A stretch of DNA of 64,000 bases from Bythopirellula sp. GTDB lineage: Bacteria; Planctomycetota; Planctomycetia; Pirellulales; Lacipirellulaceae. The DNA lies in assembly GCA_965216565.1 (NCBI GenBank), contig OZ244170.1, forward strand, positions 2,016,001 to 2,080,000, written 5' to 3'. Below the pieces are notes generated by a model that saw nothing but the letters and a program-made list of their open reading frames with translations, made no database searches and was not told the origin of the DNA. The position numbers and the translations under genes are program-made. Positions 17,519 to 28,389 of the stretch are shown one piece after another; within the stretch, counting starts at the first letter, position 1; each line of letters starts with the position of its first letter.

Positions 17519-19546
17519 ATGCCCTCTATCCTCTGCAAGATCACTCCCCGTGCTTTTCCAATCCTACTGCTCCTTGTGGCAGCCGCCACTTCCTCCGCGG
17601 CTGAACCTCAGAACGACCTGGCGAAGCATGTTCAACCGCTGATTGATAGCCACAAGGGCGAGGTGGGTGCGATGATCAAGCACCTAGAGACGGGCGAAAC
17701 CTTCGCATACCACGCCGACGAACCGATGCCAACGGCGAGCCTAATTAAGTTTCCGCTGATGATTGCCGCTTATCAGGACATTGAGGACGGCAAACTGAGT
17801 TTGGAAAAATCAATCAAGCTCAGCAGCGAAGACAAGGTTCCCGGCTCAGGGGTGCTGACAGCCAGCTTTTCCTCGGGGGCCACATTTCCTTTTAAGGATG
17901 CGATTCACCTCATGATTTCTGTTTCCGACAACACGGCGACAAATCTGGTGATCGATCAAGTCGGGCTTGAGGCCACCGGCAAGCTCATGAAGTCGCTCGA
18001 TTGTCCCAATACTGTGCTGCATTCGAAGGTATTTCGCCGCGACACCTCCATTCACCCCGAGCGTAGCAAGAAATTTGGACTCGGCAGTACCACTGCGGCG
18101 GAGATGGTCCGACTATTAGAAGCCCTGCAGCGCGAGGAATTGGTAAGCCCTGCGGCAAGTAAGAAAATGATCGCGCACATGGCTGCTGTGGGTGGCACCA
18201 CAAAAATCCCCCGCTTCCTGCCACCTGGGACACGAGTGGTTCATAAGACAGGCTCTGTCTCTGCTTCGCGGACCGATGCCGGGATTATCCATAGCCCCGC
18301 GGGACCCATCGCTGTTTGCGTGTTAACTAACGATAACGAAGATCGCGGGTGGGCCAACGACAATGCGGGCGACATGCTCTGTTCGACGATTGCCAAGGCG
18401 GCGTACGACTATTTCAATGCTGATGAAGAAGAGCCCGAAGCGGATAACACCCTCCGTGTCGGTTCTAGCGGGCTGCTGGTCGAGTCGCTGCAGCGGACGC
18501 TCAATGCTAAGCTAAAACCGTCGCCCAGCCTGGGGGTCGATGGAGACTTCGGCCCCATGACAGAACGGGCCGTCAAAGCTTTTCAAAAATCCAAACAACT
18601 GGACGAGACGGGCAAGGTGGACGCCAAGACCTGGGAAGCACTCGGCACCTTGGTCGAAGAGCAGGAAGCACCGTCCCCAGAACAGATCAATTCGCAAGTT
18701 GTAGAAAAAAAAGATGCCGACGATCTGACCGGCCCCCCTTTCGTGACTTGTAAGGCCTGGGCCATTGGCGATGGCCAGACGGGAGAGTTGCTCTGGGGTT
18801 CAAACCAAAACAAACGTCGCGATATTGCCAGCACCACGAAAATCATGACGGCTTATCTGGTCACTAGTCTGGCGGAGAAAAATCCCGAGGTCCTCCAGGA
18901 GACAATTACGTTTTCTAAACGCGCTGACGATATGCCAGGGTCAACTGCGGGAGTGCGTGCCGGCGAATCACTCCCCGTCGATGAACTTCTCTATGGCCTG
19001 TTGCTACCCTCGGGCAACGACGCCTCAGTGGCATTTGCCGAGCATTTTGGCGATCGGCTCACGCCGGAAGGGCAGGGCGATAGTTACGATCGGTTCATCA
19101 CGGCGATGAATGCCAAGGCACAGGAAATCGGCATGGACGGTACGTCTTTCGCGAATCCGCATGGCTGGCCGCATGAAAATCACTACGGCTGTGCCGCTGA
19201 CCTACTCAAGCTAGGCTACCAAGCTATGCAGCAACCATTGATTCGCAAATACGTCTCGACCATCCAGCACGGTTGCACGGTCACTGGTGCCGAGGGCTAC
19301 AAGCGGAATGTCGCATGGCGAAATAGCAACCGGCTCTTACGTACTGAAGGTTTTGTCGGGGTGAAAACCGGCACCACCAGCGCTGCCGGCGCTTGCCTTG
19401 TTTCCCAGGGAAACCGAGGCGATCGATCTTTGATCGTGGTCGTGCTAGGCTCTAGCTCCACGGACGCACGTTACGCAGACTCACAAAACCTATACCGCTG
19501 GGCCTGGCGTCAGCTAGGTGCCGATCAATCCATCGCTAAGCAATAG
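17519..19546 (+). CDS. Fusion: class A beta-lactamase-like serine hydrolase + PG-binding domain + S11 D-Ala-D-Ala carboxypeptidase
   Basis: Domain 1 ASLIK/SDN/HKTG; LRVGSSG...VDGDFGPMTERAVKAFQ..L..TGKVD..TW (PG_binding_1); domain 2 ASTTK/SGN/KTG with FANPHG; signal peptide from ATG 17519. Confidence 0.85.
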   Translation: MPSILCKITPRAFPILLLLVAAATSSAAEPQNDLAKHVQPLIDSHKGEVGAMIKHLETGETFAYHADEPMPTASLIKFPLMIAAYQDIEDGKLSLEKSIKLSSEDKVPGSGVLTASFSSGATFPFKDAIHLMISVSDNTATNLVIDQVGLEATGKLMKSLDCPNTVLHSKVFRRDTSIHPERSKKFGLGSTTAAEMVRLLEALQREELVSPAASKKMIAHMAAVGGTTKIPRFLPPGTRVVHKTGSVSASRTDAGIIHSPAGPIAVCVLTNDNEDRGWANDNAGDMLCSTIAKAAYDYFNADEEEPEADNTLRVGSSGLLVESLQRTLNAKLKPSPSLGVDGDFGPMTERAVKAFQKSKQLDETGKVDAKTWEALGTLVEEQEAPSPEQINSQVVEKKDADDLTGPPFVTCKAWAIGDGQTGELLWGSNQNKRRDIASTTKIMTAYLVTSLAEKNPEVLQETITFSKRADDMPGSTAGVRAGESLPVDELLYGLLLPSGNDASVAFAEHFGDRLTPEGQGDSYDRFITAMNAKAQEIGMDGTSFANPHGWPHENHYGCAADLLKLGYQAMQQPLIRKYVSTIQHGCTVTGAEGYKRNVAWRNSNRLLRTEGFVGVKTGTTSAAGACLVSQGNRGDRSLIVVVLGSSSTDARYADSQNLYRWAWRQLGADQSIAKQ

Positions 19547-19561
19547 GGACACACATCGCCA

Positions 19562-21262
19562 ATGGAACCACATCCCTATGGTTGGCTCAGTATCATTCCG
19601 CCTTTGGTTGCCATTGCGTTGGCAGTCATTACTCGCAAAGCGACGTTGTCGTTATTGGTAGGAATCTTTTGCGGGGCATTGATCACCTCGGATTGGCATT
19701 TATTCAAGGCGATCTACCAAACCTGTGAAGTCCATCTCTGGCCCACATTCGTGCAACCAGATAAGCTGCGTGTGTTTTCTTTCACACTGCTAATGGGAGG
19801 CATGATTGGTGTGATCTGTCGCTGTGGAGGGATGCAGGGGCTGATTCACTTGCTTTCTCCCTTCGCCAAATCGCGGCGCGGTGGGCAGCTCGTCACATGG
19901 CTTTTAGGGCTGCTCATTTTTTTCGACGACTATGCCAATACCATCCTGCTCGGCGGAACCTTGCGTCCGGTCTGTGATCGGCTCAAAATCTCCCGCGAGA
20001 AGCTTGCTTACCTGGTCGACTCAACCGCGGCTCCTGTGGCGGGACTGTCGCTACTCTCGACTTGGGTGGCTGTGGAAATCGAATACGTCAAAGAGGGCAT
20101 CGAGGGCCTCGGCGCAACTGATCTCAAAGCGATTGATCTTTTTCTCGGCAGTATTCCCTATCGGTTTTATATCCTGGCATCGTTGGCTTTCATCCCCATG
20201 ATTGCCCTCTCAGGACGAGACTTCGGACCGATGCTGAAAGCCGAGCGGCGCCGTCTGCGAGGTAACATCGACCCCCAGCACGATCAGGCGGTCGGTCTTG
20301 AAACGGATTTGGTCGATACTCCAGCCCGCTGGTACAACGCGGTGCTTCCGATCCTCGTTACCCTCGGGGTCGTCATGTGCCTGCTCTATACCACAGGGCT
20401 CAATGAGCTAAGGGCAAACGAGCCAGAGACGACCAGGTCGCTGCGAAATATTCTGGGCGCTGCCAAGTCGAGCTATTCGCTCCAGTATGGTGCCCTGGTT
20501 GGCCTGGGGCTCTCGCTTTTTCTGGCGAGAGCGCAAAAGCTGGTCCCTTGGCCAGAGTTGATGGACGCCGCCGGGAAGGGTGCGAGGATTGTTTTGCCAG
20601 CCATCGCAATCCTCTGGTGCGCTTCGGCTTTGTCGCGAATGACCTCGAATAAATCTGTCGAGGGCGAACCGACCCCAGCCAATGCTGCCTACAAGTTCAA
20701 GGATCATCGACTCTATACCGGCGACTACCTGGCCGATTCGATTCTGGGAACATCCACCGAGGAAGGCGACGACCCGGAAACGAAAGCCGGTACGATGCTC
20801 AAGCTGTTTCCTACACTAGTCTTTCTCCTAGCCGCCGCACTTTCCTTCGCCACGGGCACCAGCTTTGGGACTATGGGGATTCTGCTGCCGATGGTTATCT
20901 CGCTAGGCTATGCGCTATTGGGGGGAGATGCCTCAGCGGTGCAGGCTAGCAGTCCGATACTCCTGGCCTCGGTGGGCAGTGTGCTTGCCGGAGCGGTGTT
21001 TGGAGATCATTGCTCTCCCATTTCCGATACGACAATTCTTTCTTCACAGTCGTGTGTCTGCAATCATGTCGCACACGTGATGACCCAAATTCCCTACGCG
21101 CTACTAGTTGCTGGGGTAAGCGTACTTCTTGGCACCTTGCCTATCGGTTTCGGAGTATCGGTTTGGGTGCTGCTGCCGATCCAGGTCGTTGTCTTGGCAC
21201 TGCTACTCTTCATGCTGGGAAAGAAAACAGAAGATGACTCCGGAGAACTGGACGCTGCCTAA
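19562..21262 (+). CDS. NhaC-family Na+/H+ antiporter-like transporter (likely amino acid or peptide uptake)
   Basis: LSIIPPLVAI, IFFDDYAN, KISREKLAYLVDSTAAP, SFATGTSFGTMGI, GAVFGDHCSPISDTTILSS, HVMTQIPYA. Confidence 0.88.
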   Translation: MEPHPYGWLSIIPPLVAIALAVITRKATLSLLVGIFCGALITSDWHLFKAIYQTCEVHLWPTFVQPDKLRVFSFTLLMGGMIGVICRCGGMQGLIHLLSPFAKSRRGGQLVTWLLGLLIFFDDYANTILLGGTLRPVCDRLKISREKLAYLVDSTAAPVAGLSLLSTWVAVEIEYVKEGIEGLGATDLKAIDLFLGSIPYRFYILASLAFIPMIALSGRDFGPMLKAERRRLRGNIDPQHDQAVGLETDLVDTPARWYNAVLPILVTLGVVMCLLYTTGLNELRANEPETTRSLRNILGAAKSSYSLQYGALVGLGLSLFLARAQKLVPWPELMDAAGKGARIVLPAIAILWCASALSRMTSNKSVEGEPTPANAAYKFKDHRLYTGDYLADSILGTSTEEGDDPETKAGTMLKLFPTLVFLLAAALSFATGTSFGTMGILLPMVISLGYALLGGDASAVQASSPILLASVGSVLAGAVFGDHCSPISDTTILSSQSCVCNHVAHVMTQIPYALLVAGVSVLLGTLPIGFGVSVWVLLPIQVVVLALLLFMLGKKTEDDSGELDAA

Positions 21263-21360
21263 CGTCCTGCCAACCACGAATAGATCAGAAAAAACACGAC
21301 CAACGACTGTCCTTTACCAGCAATTCATGGTCACAAGAAAACCAAACTCTCAAACAAAAA

Positions 21361-22608
21361 ATGATCAAACGCAATCGTAGCACAGTCTCGCTGAGCACGT
21401 CATTACTTGTGGCTTTCCTAGCGACGTCGCTTCCGAACTGCCGTCTGCACGCCGAGGAAGCAGGCCGCGGGCCTGTGGTGCTCACAGACAAAGCTCGCCA
21501 ACTCCACACACGGGCGCTGGTGGTTGATGGCCATAACGACTTGCCTTGGGAATTGCGGGCCCAAGGCTCGCTCTCTTTCGAACGGCTCGACTTATTGAAA
21601 CCAATCGAAACACTCCACACCGATATTCCCCGCCTGCGGCAGGGAGGTGTCGGAGCCCAGTTCTGGTCAGTCTATGTGCCTGCCAGCACGGCTTACGATG
21701 GCACAGCATTGGTGGCGACGCTGGAGCAAATCGAACTGATCCACGCCATGATCGACCGTTACCCCGAAACATTTGAATTGGCTTTAACGGTCGACGACAT
21801 CCAGCGCATCCACTCTGCCGGCAAAATCGCTTCGCTGCTTGGCGTGGAAGGGGGCCACTGCATCGAAAATTCTCTGAATGTCCTCAATCAGCTTTATCGC
21901 CTAGGTGCTCGGTACATGACGCTGACACACTCCGATTCGCTCGACTGGGCCGACTCCGCGACGGACGAGCCCAAAAGCGGCGGCCTCAGCCAGTTTGGGG
22001 AAGAAGTGGTACAGGAGATGAACAAGCTTGGCATGCTGGTCGATCTTTCGCACGTCTCCGACGATGCCATGAAAGATGCGATTCGCGTTACCAAGGCACC
22101 GATCATCTTTTCGCACTCTTCGGCAAGAGCCATCGCCGACCATCCCCGCAATGTGACCGACGAAGTGCTCAAGCTCACTCGCGACAACGGCGGAGTTGTC
22201 ATGGTCAACTTCTATTCAGCCTACGTCGTACCCAGTGCCGCGAAGCGCAGTTACGACCGTCTTAAGAAAGAGCAAGAACTAAAGAAAACGCTCGACGACG
22301 TCGCCGTCAGGGCTGCACTGCGAAAGTGGGAAGCTGGCCGCAAGATGGAACCCGGCACCATTCACGACATGATCGACCATATCGACCACATCGTCCAAGT
22401 TGCCGGCATCGATCATGTCGGTTTGGGTTCCGACTACGATGGCGTGAGCGTGTTGCCCAAGCAAATCGAAGACGTCAGCAGCTACCCCTACATCACACAA
22501 GCACTCCTCGATCGTGGCTACAACGAGGACGAGATCCTGCAAATCCTGGGCGGCAACTTGGTGCGGGTGATGCGACAGGCCGAGCAAGTGGCTAAGGAGC
22601 TGCAGTAG
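21361..22608 (+). CDS. Membrane (renal-type, M19) dipeptidase, exported
   Basis: DGHNDLPW, HTDIPRL, QFWSVY, GVEGGH, YMTLTH, VDLSH, FSHS, GLGSDYDG; N-terminal signal. Confidence 0.92.
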   Translation: MIKRNRSTVSLSTSLLVAFLATSLPNCRLHAEEAGRGPVVLTDKARQLHTRALVVDGHNDLPWELRAQGSLSFERLDLLKPIETLHTDIPRLRQGGVGAQFWSVYVPASTAYDGTALVATLEQIELIHAMIDRYPETFELALTVDDIQRIHSAGKIASLLGVEGGHCIENSLNVLNQLYRLGARYMTLTHSDSLDWADSATDEPKSGGLSQFGEEVVQEMNKLGMLVDLSHVSDDAMKDAIRVTKAPIIFSHSSARAIADHPRNVTDEVLKLTRDNGGVVMVNFYSAYVVPSAAKRSYDRLKKEQELKKTLDDVAVRAALRKWEAGRKMEPGTIHDMIDHIDHIVQVAGIDHVGLGSDYDGVSVLPKQIEDVSSYPYITQALLDRGYNEDEILQILGGNLVRVMRQAEQVAKELQ

Positions 22609-24364
22609 CTTCTTGCAGTTCTCGGCTGCCACTGCGGCTCCCGCTCTCCGCTTTCCGCTTTCCGTACCCCACTTTTCCCTGCACGCGAGGATCGTGCACG
22701 CCGACCATCTGCCCACTGTCGTCCAGACCAATAGCCTGGGTCACACCGCTGGAAGAAATCGTCTTTATCTGGTGGCCCAGCTTTTCCAGCCCTGAAACGA
22801 TTGTCGGGGACGCTTTGCGTTCGATCAGCACGTGGTCCGGCTTCCATTGATGATGAAACCTGGCTCCCGTGATCGCATCTTCTAAGCTTTGCCCGCGGTC
22901 CAAGGTACGCACCAGTGCCAACAGCACTTGGGTAATGATTTTCGGCCCACCGGCTGCGCCCACCGTCAGCACAGGTTGGTCGTCAGAATCGAGCACGATC
23001 GTGGGGCTCATGCTGGAGAGTGGACGTTTCCCAGCTGCTACCGCGTTGTTCTCTGCGCCAATTAACCCAAAGGCATTTGGCACGCCCGGCTGGCTAGAGA
23101 AGTCGTCCATCTCGTTGTTCAATACCAACCCCGTACCAGGAACAATTACCTTTGAGCCAAAGGTCGTATTCACCGTGGCGGTGATCGCTACCCAGGTGCC
23201 GTCGCTATCGGCGGCCGCGATGTGCGTCGTGTGCCGCTCGAACAGCGCTGCGCTGAACTTCAGGGGGTCGCCTTGGCCGGGAACTGGGGTCGCCGCAGCG
23301 GGATCGATCCTTCCAGCCAGTTCTTTGGCATAGTCTTCCGACACCAGCCCTGCGGGGACATCTGCATAGTCGGGATCGCCCAGCCAATATGCCCGATCGG
23401 CAAATGCCAACTTCATCGCCTCGATTATGATGTTCGTTGCGCGAACTTGATCCTGCTGAAACTCCTGACTCAAATCGAACGTCTCCAGGATGTTCAATAT
23501 CTGGGCAACATGCACACCACCTGAGCTGGGTGGCGGGAAGCCGAGAATCTTCCATTCACGGTAGCTGCTAATAATCGGCTGCCGCTGGACCGGATGGTAA
23601 TTGGCAAAGTCATCTGCAGTGACAATGCCGCCATTCTCGGCCATCCAGCCGGCGATCGTCTCTGCGAACTCACCTCGGTAGAACCAGTCGGGGCCTCGAT
23701 CCGCAATTTGGCGGTAAGTTCTCGCCAGGTCGGGCTGCCGCAGGATCTCGCCCTCTGTGTACACACTGCCGTCGGGTTTCAGCAACGCTGCTTTACTGCC
23801 TGGAAACCGGGCCAGGGTATCCGCCGTTCTGGCAAGCTTTCCGGCATAGCTGCGATCGATGGCAAAACCCTTCTCGGCAATATCAGCCGCAGGCCGCAGA
23901 AGATCGGGCAAGGTTAGTTCACCGGAAGTTTTGAGAGCCAGCTGATAGGCGGCCAGCGCGCCGGGCACACCAACAGCAAGTGGCCCCGTGGTGCTTAGCT
24001 GAGGATCGGCGACGCCGTCGCGGAGATACATATCATGCCGTGCAGCCGCAGGCGCCATTTCACGCCCATCAATGGCAACGATGCTTCCATCCGCCTCGCG
24101 AATCAGAATGAAGCAACCACCGCCCAAACCGGAATTATGATTGTCTACCACTCCCAAAGTAATTGCCGCAGCGATGGCGGCATCCACAGCATTGCCACCT
24201 CGCTCGAAGGCCGCTACACCAGCGTCCGTCGCATGCGGCTGAACGGCTGCTACAACGCATTCACCAGCTGCAGTTTTCTGCCCTTGCCAGACAAAGCTAC
24301 AAACAAGCAGCCAAGCAAAAATTGGGGACGTGGAAAGTAAAGCGCTGCGGTCGAAATTGGTCAT
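22592..24364 (-). CDS. ggt: Gamma-glutamyltransferase
   Basis: GGNAVDAAIA, SGLGGG, IDGREMAP, VGVPG, PPPSSGG, EAMKLAFADR, HTTH (Thr nucleophile), LNNEMDDFS, KRPLSSMSP, GAAGG. Confidence 0.93.
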   Translation of the reverse strand: MTNFDRSALLSTSPIFAWLLVCSFVWQGQKTAAGECVVAAVQPHATDAGVAAFERGGNAVDAAIAAAITLGVVDNHNSGLGGGCFILIREADGSIVAIDGREMAPAAARHDMYLRDGVADPQLSTTGPLAVGVPGALAAYQLALKTSGELTLPDLLRPAADIAEKGFAIDRSYAGKLARTADTLARFPGSKAALLKPDGSVYTEGEILRQPDLARTYRQIADRGPDWFYRGEFAETIAGWMAENGGIVTADDFANYHPVQRQPIISSYREWKILGFPPPSSGGVHVAQILNILETFDLSQEFQQDQVRATNIIIEAMKLAFADRAYWLGDPDYADVPAGLVSEDYAKELAGRIDPAAATPVPGQGDPLKFSAALFERHTTHIAAADSDGTWVAITATVNTTFGSKVIVPGTGLVLNNEMDDFSSQPGVPNAFGLIGAENNAVAAGKRPLSSMSPTIVLDSDDQPVLTVGAAGGPKIITQVLLALVRTLDRGQSLEDAITGARFHHQWKPDHVLIERKASPTIVSGLEKLGHQIKTISSSGVTQAIGLDDSGQMVGVHDPRVQGKVGYGKRKAESGSRSGSRELQEATAAP

Positions 24365-24578
24365 TGCGTTTCTTGAGCCCATAGTTTGTCGGCAGAGGAA
24401 AATATAAATGTAAGGCAAATGCTAGTTTGCTTGCTAAGAATCTAGCAGAGATTCTGTCCCTGAGGGAAAGAGAACTACGGAAGGTGTATCGGTCCGCTCT
24501 CGAATGACAGCCTTGACTCCGCAAGCTTCGGAGGACATTCTGACACTCTGCAGACATAGTGGAATCTTTCCATCCATT

Positions 24579-24627
24579 TGCGCAGGATTTTCACTTAGTA
24601 TGCGCATTTCCGTGATCTTTTCTCGCA
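24579..24627 (+). promoter_or_regulatory. Triple operator TGCGCA / TGCGCA / CTCGCA in a divergent intergenic region
   Basis: Half-sites at 24579, 24601 and 24622 (22- and 21-bp periods). Confidence 0.65.
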
Positions 24628-24666
24628 TTAGTATTGCGAAATACACGCTTCTTTTTAGATTGAAAT

Positions 24667-25185
24667 ATGGAGGAGGTGGCTAACTTTACGGGGACATGTC
24701 TCTTGCAACGCGTCAGCCACAAACTAACAATTACTTATCTCAATACTTTCAAGTTCTTGGCGCTAACCTGTGCCTTGATCTGCTGCCAAATCGGTTGCAA
24801 TGCAACGCAAGAAACCTCGGGGCGGGCCGCGTCCGAAGCCCCGCTACGTTTCTTGGGACGATTATTGATTGGGTATTCGCGAGACCATCGTGGTGCGAAT
24901 CCCGGCTCGAATGACGAATTTCTGGAGTACCTCGAGGAAAACAGGTCTCAGTGGACAGACGATGCATCGGCTTCAGCCGCAGACCTATTGGTCTCGCCTT
25001 ACGATGGCAAACCGATGGTGATCGTCCCGAAAAACCAGACCGGTCCCGCGGGACCTACCGGCTACAAGATCATTGCCTTTGAAAGCGAAGGCTCTGGTAC
25101 CAAACGCTGGACCATCAACGAGCGTGGCGGCATTGTTGAGTTAGAAAACCAAGAACTGAGTCAATTATTTCCCAAACTGTTGTGA
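24667..25185 (+). CDS. Hypothetical exported protein, probable lipoprotein
   Basis: Hydrophobic stretch ending CCQIGC; adjoins the DUF1559 gene; start uncertain. Confidence 0.6.
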   Translation: MEEVANFTGTCLLQRVSHKLTITYLNTFKFLALTCALICCQIGCNATQETSGRAASEAPLRFLGRLLIGYSRDHRGANPGSNDEFLEYLEENRSQWTDDASASAADLLVSPYDGKPMVIVPKNQTGPAGPTGYKIIAFESEGSGTKRWTINERGGIVELENQELSQLFPKLL

Positions 25186-25193
25186 GTTACGCC

Positions 25194-26315
25194 ATGGAAC
25201 AAGCGAAACTACAAGCCAATACACCGACGAAACGTGCGTTCACCCTCGTAGAACTTCTGGTGGTGATTGCGATTATCGGCGTCCTGGTTGCGTTGTTACT
25301 GCCTGCTGTACAAGCTGCCCGCGAAGCCGCTCGCCGGGCTCAATGCAAGAATCAACTCAAGCAAATCGGGCTCTCCTGCCAGAACTTTGTGGGCGCGAAA
25401 GAAGTATTTCCTACGGGCGGAGACGCCATATTTCCGGACATCAGTGATTATGTCGAGGGGGGAAAGCCGCTGGGCCCCGAAAAGCAGGGCCTGAGCTGGG
25501 CATACCAGATACTCCCCTACCTGGAACAAGGCCCTTTGTTCGGCATTACGACCCAGCGCGCACTCCAGGAAGTCACTGTCCCGATGTACTACTGTCCTTC
25601 ACGGCGTAGCCCGGTTGTGTCTGAGGCAATCATCCATGCCGGCCGCAGCGTTTCTCTTATGGACTACGCGGGTGCGATCCCCTGTGGGTATCCGTCCTAC
25701 GATGACTGGGTCGACGGCACGAACAGAATCTTCCCTGAAGACTCTCCGAACAGAACGCGAGGCGGCGGTACATTTCCCACGAACAGAGAACTGTTTTTCG
25801 GTGGGAATAGTGGCTCCGCGAACATCTTAGAGGTACCGAATAATGAAGTCTATCTAGGCGTGATAACACGCACGCCCTCGAAAATTGTGCCTGCAGGACG
25901 CGGCAATCCCGTACCAACCCACAGGAGGCTGGATAAAGTTACGCTTCCGGTCTCTATGGCAATGATTACTGATGGCACTAGCAATACGATGCTGGTCGCC
26001 GAGAAGTTTATCCGTCCCGACTTGTACGACGGCGGTAGCTACTCCGACGACCAAGGCTTTTCTGATGGCTGGGACCCCGACGTCATGCGGTCAACCTGTG
26101 TAAGACCGCTGCAAGATACACAGACGGGAACGCCGGACGATAAGTATGGTTTCGAAGCAGACGTGATTTACTTCGGGTCGGCCCATCCTGGAGGATTCAA
26201 CGCCGTCTTTGCCGATGGTTCCGTCCATACAATCAACTATGAAGTGAACTCAGATTTATTCGATCGCATTGGAGACCGACAAGACGGAGAATTGACAGAC
26301 TTGGGTCAGTTGTAG
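25194..26315 (+). CDS. DUF1559 prepilin-type protein
   Basis: [61 protein letters not shown]. Confidence 0.93.
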   Translation: MEQAKLQANTPTKRAFTLVELLVVIAIIGVLVALLLPAVQAAREAARRAQCKNQLKQIGLSCQNFVGAKEVFPTGGDAIFPDISDYVEGGKPLGPEKQGLSWAYQILPYLEQGPLFGITTQRALQEVTVPMYYCPSRRSPVVSEAIIHAGRSVSLMDYAGAIPCGYPSYDDWVDGTNRIFPEDSPNRTRGGGTFPTNRELFFGGNSGSANILEVPNNEVYLGVITRTPSKIVPAGRGNPVPTHRRLDKVTLPVSMAMITDGTSNTMLVAEKFIRPDLYDGGSYSDDQGFSDGWDPDVMRSTCVRPLQDTQTGTPDDKYGFEADVIYFGSAHPGGFNAVFADGSVHTINYEVNSDLFDRIGDRQDGELTDLGQL

Positions 26316-26360
26316 CAAAGGGCTGTCAACGCAATTTCCCGCTAAATATAAGCTTAGAAT

Positions 26361-26387
26361 TGCGCAACGAAGTATCACAACCGCGCA
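26361..26387 (+). promoter_or_regulatory. Operator TGCGCA-N15-CGCGCA
   Basis: 21-bp period, upstream of the PEP-CTERM gene at 26720. Confidence 0.6.
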
Positions 26388-26719
26388 GCTATTATCGCTC
26401 AGAGAGGCCAGACTGTCGAACTTCAAATGGCTTTTCCGTAAATGTCATCGGAAACCGCCAAGTTACTGATAAGATTCTTGAATAGAAATCCATAAGTTAT
26501 TAGTGTAGGAGTAACTTGCTGGCGGGCGAATTAGGCACTTTTTTCACCCCAAGCACACTTTTCGTGATGCCGATTTTTCTTATCGCCGGCAACAATTGAT
26601 TAACAACTTTGACCGTAGGAGTTTCTTGCTTTATTGACTTTTGTCTTGGCAGCTAACGCATTTACTTTGCCTTGCTTGCTTTGGAATTCATTTTGTGTTT
26701 TGCAGATGGGAGTTGTCTT

Positions 26720-28354
26720 ATGTTAGACCATCGGAAGTTTTTCTTAATTGCACTAGGACTCACGCTGGCGATCGCGCCTGCAGTGACTCAAGCTCAGATC
26801 CTCTCGGACGGCGATTTCAATGCCGTCGATTACACGTCCAGTACGGCAATCAGTTCGTCCGACAGCGGATGGCCTGGGCCTCCCGCGGTCTCCGACATTC
26901 GTTACAACGTCGACTACGGTAATCTCGACATCTTTGGCGATGGTTTCATCGTCGCCAGCTTACCGGAAGCCCCCCGATCCGATCCCAACGATACAGCCAC
27001 GACGGGTCTATTCCTTTCGGCCAACAATAACTCCTTTGCCACACCAACCTGGTCGATGGCTGCGGTTACTCCTAATGGCCTTAACGTTGGTACTGGTACA
27101 GCCACGCCTAATTTTAAGATGACCGTGGATGTATTCCATAGCGCCGGCACAGGCACACTGGATCCGAATGGTGTGAACTCTGGGCGAAGTGGTACGACCA
27201 ACTACTCCCATCTAGGAATTGGGCAAGCTAACACCACGGTTCAGGTGGAAGACTTGAATGCTGATCCGAACAATGGAAATCAAGCTGGCGGGCAAGGCCT
27301 GGGCCTCCTGATCACCGCCGATGGTGGTGCTGCAGAAGATTACATGCCTGTCTACTCTGGTGCTGTTTACCGTGATCGTACCGGTGGTGCCACCTTTGGA
27401 ACTACCTACCGAGGCGTTCCAGATCCTAATGGAAACGCGATTTCCTATGGTAAATCTGGCTTGGCCAATCAAGTTCTTAATCAGTACTGGCTCGACCAAG
27501 GTCTCGGATTCGTGATCGACGATGCTGGCGACCCTAGCTTTGATCCCAACACGGGCCTGCGGCTCAACCGGTTTACTGGTAATGGAACAAGCTTTACTCC
27601 AGACCCAGCTACTGTCGGCAGCTATGATCTCGACGATCCCAATGTCGTGGTCAAACGTGTCTATGGTGATGTATTAACCGAGTTCACGGCACAACCCACG
27701 CACCTGAGTGGCGATTTTGAAACTATCAATGGACCTCTAGGTGATAACAGCATCGCCGGTGTCGGCATCCTAGGTAACACGTGGAGCACCCACGAGTTAT
27801 ATTGGATTGACGGTGTGTTCACCTATGTCATGGACGGTGCAGTCCTGCTCGAAATTGAGCCTGACTACGATCCGAATAACCTTGCCAATGGAAACGTTTA
27901 CGACGATTTCAGTGACTCGGGTTCGGTTGTCCTTGGTTTCTTCGATCGATTCAATTCGGTTGCTTTGAGCCCAGATGGTGCCAACTTTGTAATTTACGAC
28001 AACCTGACTGTAGAAGCAGCAACTTCGGGCGATGCTCCCGACCTGCTCGAATTCTACGAAAGTGAAGGCTTCCTACTTTCCAATGCCGATAACGCTGACT
28101 TCGACGGAGACGGTGTTGTCTCTGGCTTGGACTTCTTGATCTGGCAGCAGAATGTTGGTGCCACGGGTCAAACCGATAACTCCCTTGGCGATGCCAACGG
28201 AGATGGCGTAGTAGGTAGTGCCGACTTGGCCATCTACGAAGGTCAGTACGGTACGTCGCCTCTCTCGGCGAATGTAGCTGCTGTGCCCGAACCTATGTCT
28301 GTAAGCCTCATGTTGCTGGCTTGCGGTTGCATGGGCATTCGCCGACGTCGGTAG
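26720..28354 (+). CDS. PEP-CTERM surface protein with dockerin-like repeat (paralog of 33843..34790)
   Basis: GGAG RBS; signal peptide; ADFDGDGVVSGLDFLIWQ...GDANGDGVVGSADLAIYE; VPEP-TM-RRRR. Confidence 0.87.
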   Translation: MLDHRKFFLIALGLTLAIAPAVTQAQILSDGDFNAVDYTSSTAISSSDSGWPGPPAVSDIRYNVDYGNLDIFGDGFIVASLPEAPRSDPNDTATTGLFLSANNNSFATPTWSMAAVTPNGLNVGTGTATPNFKMTVDVFHSAGTGTLDPNGVNSGRSGTTNYSHLGIGQANTTVQVEDLNADPNNGNQAGGQGLGLLITADGGAAEDYMPVYSGAVYRDRTGGATFGTTYRGVPDPNGNAISYGKSGLANQVLNQYWLDQGLGFVIDDAGDPSFDPNTGLRLNRFTGNGTSFTPDPATVGSYDLDDPNVVVKRVYGDVLTEFTAQPTHLSGDFETINGPLGDNSIAGVGILGNTWSTHELYWIDGVFTYVMDGAVLLEIEPDYDPNNLANGNVYDDFSDSGSVVLGFFDRFNSVALSPDGANFVIYDNLTVEAATSGDAPDLLEFYESEGFLLSNADNADFDGDGVVSGLDFLIWQQNVGATGQTDNSLGDANGDGVVGSADLAIYEGQYGTSPLSANVAAVPEPMSVSLMLLACGCMGIRRRR

Positions 28355-28389
28355 TGTTGTTGGTTTAGCAATTTTGTGAAACCTTACCA

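Noticed and set aside
17519..18420. Acquired beta-lactam resistance gene
   Set aside because: It is fused to PG-binding and DD-peptidase domains inside a catabolic operon, with no mobile context and no evident class A omega-loop motif.
26388..26719. Structured leader RNA before the 26720 PEP-CTERM gene
   Set aside because: The region is long and AT-rich, but no convincing pairing or known motif is visible.
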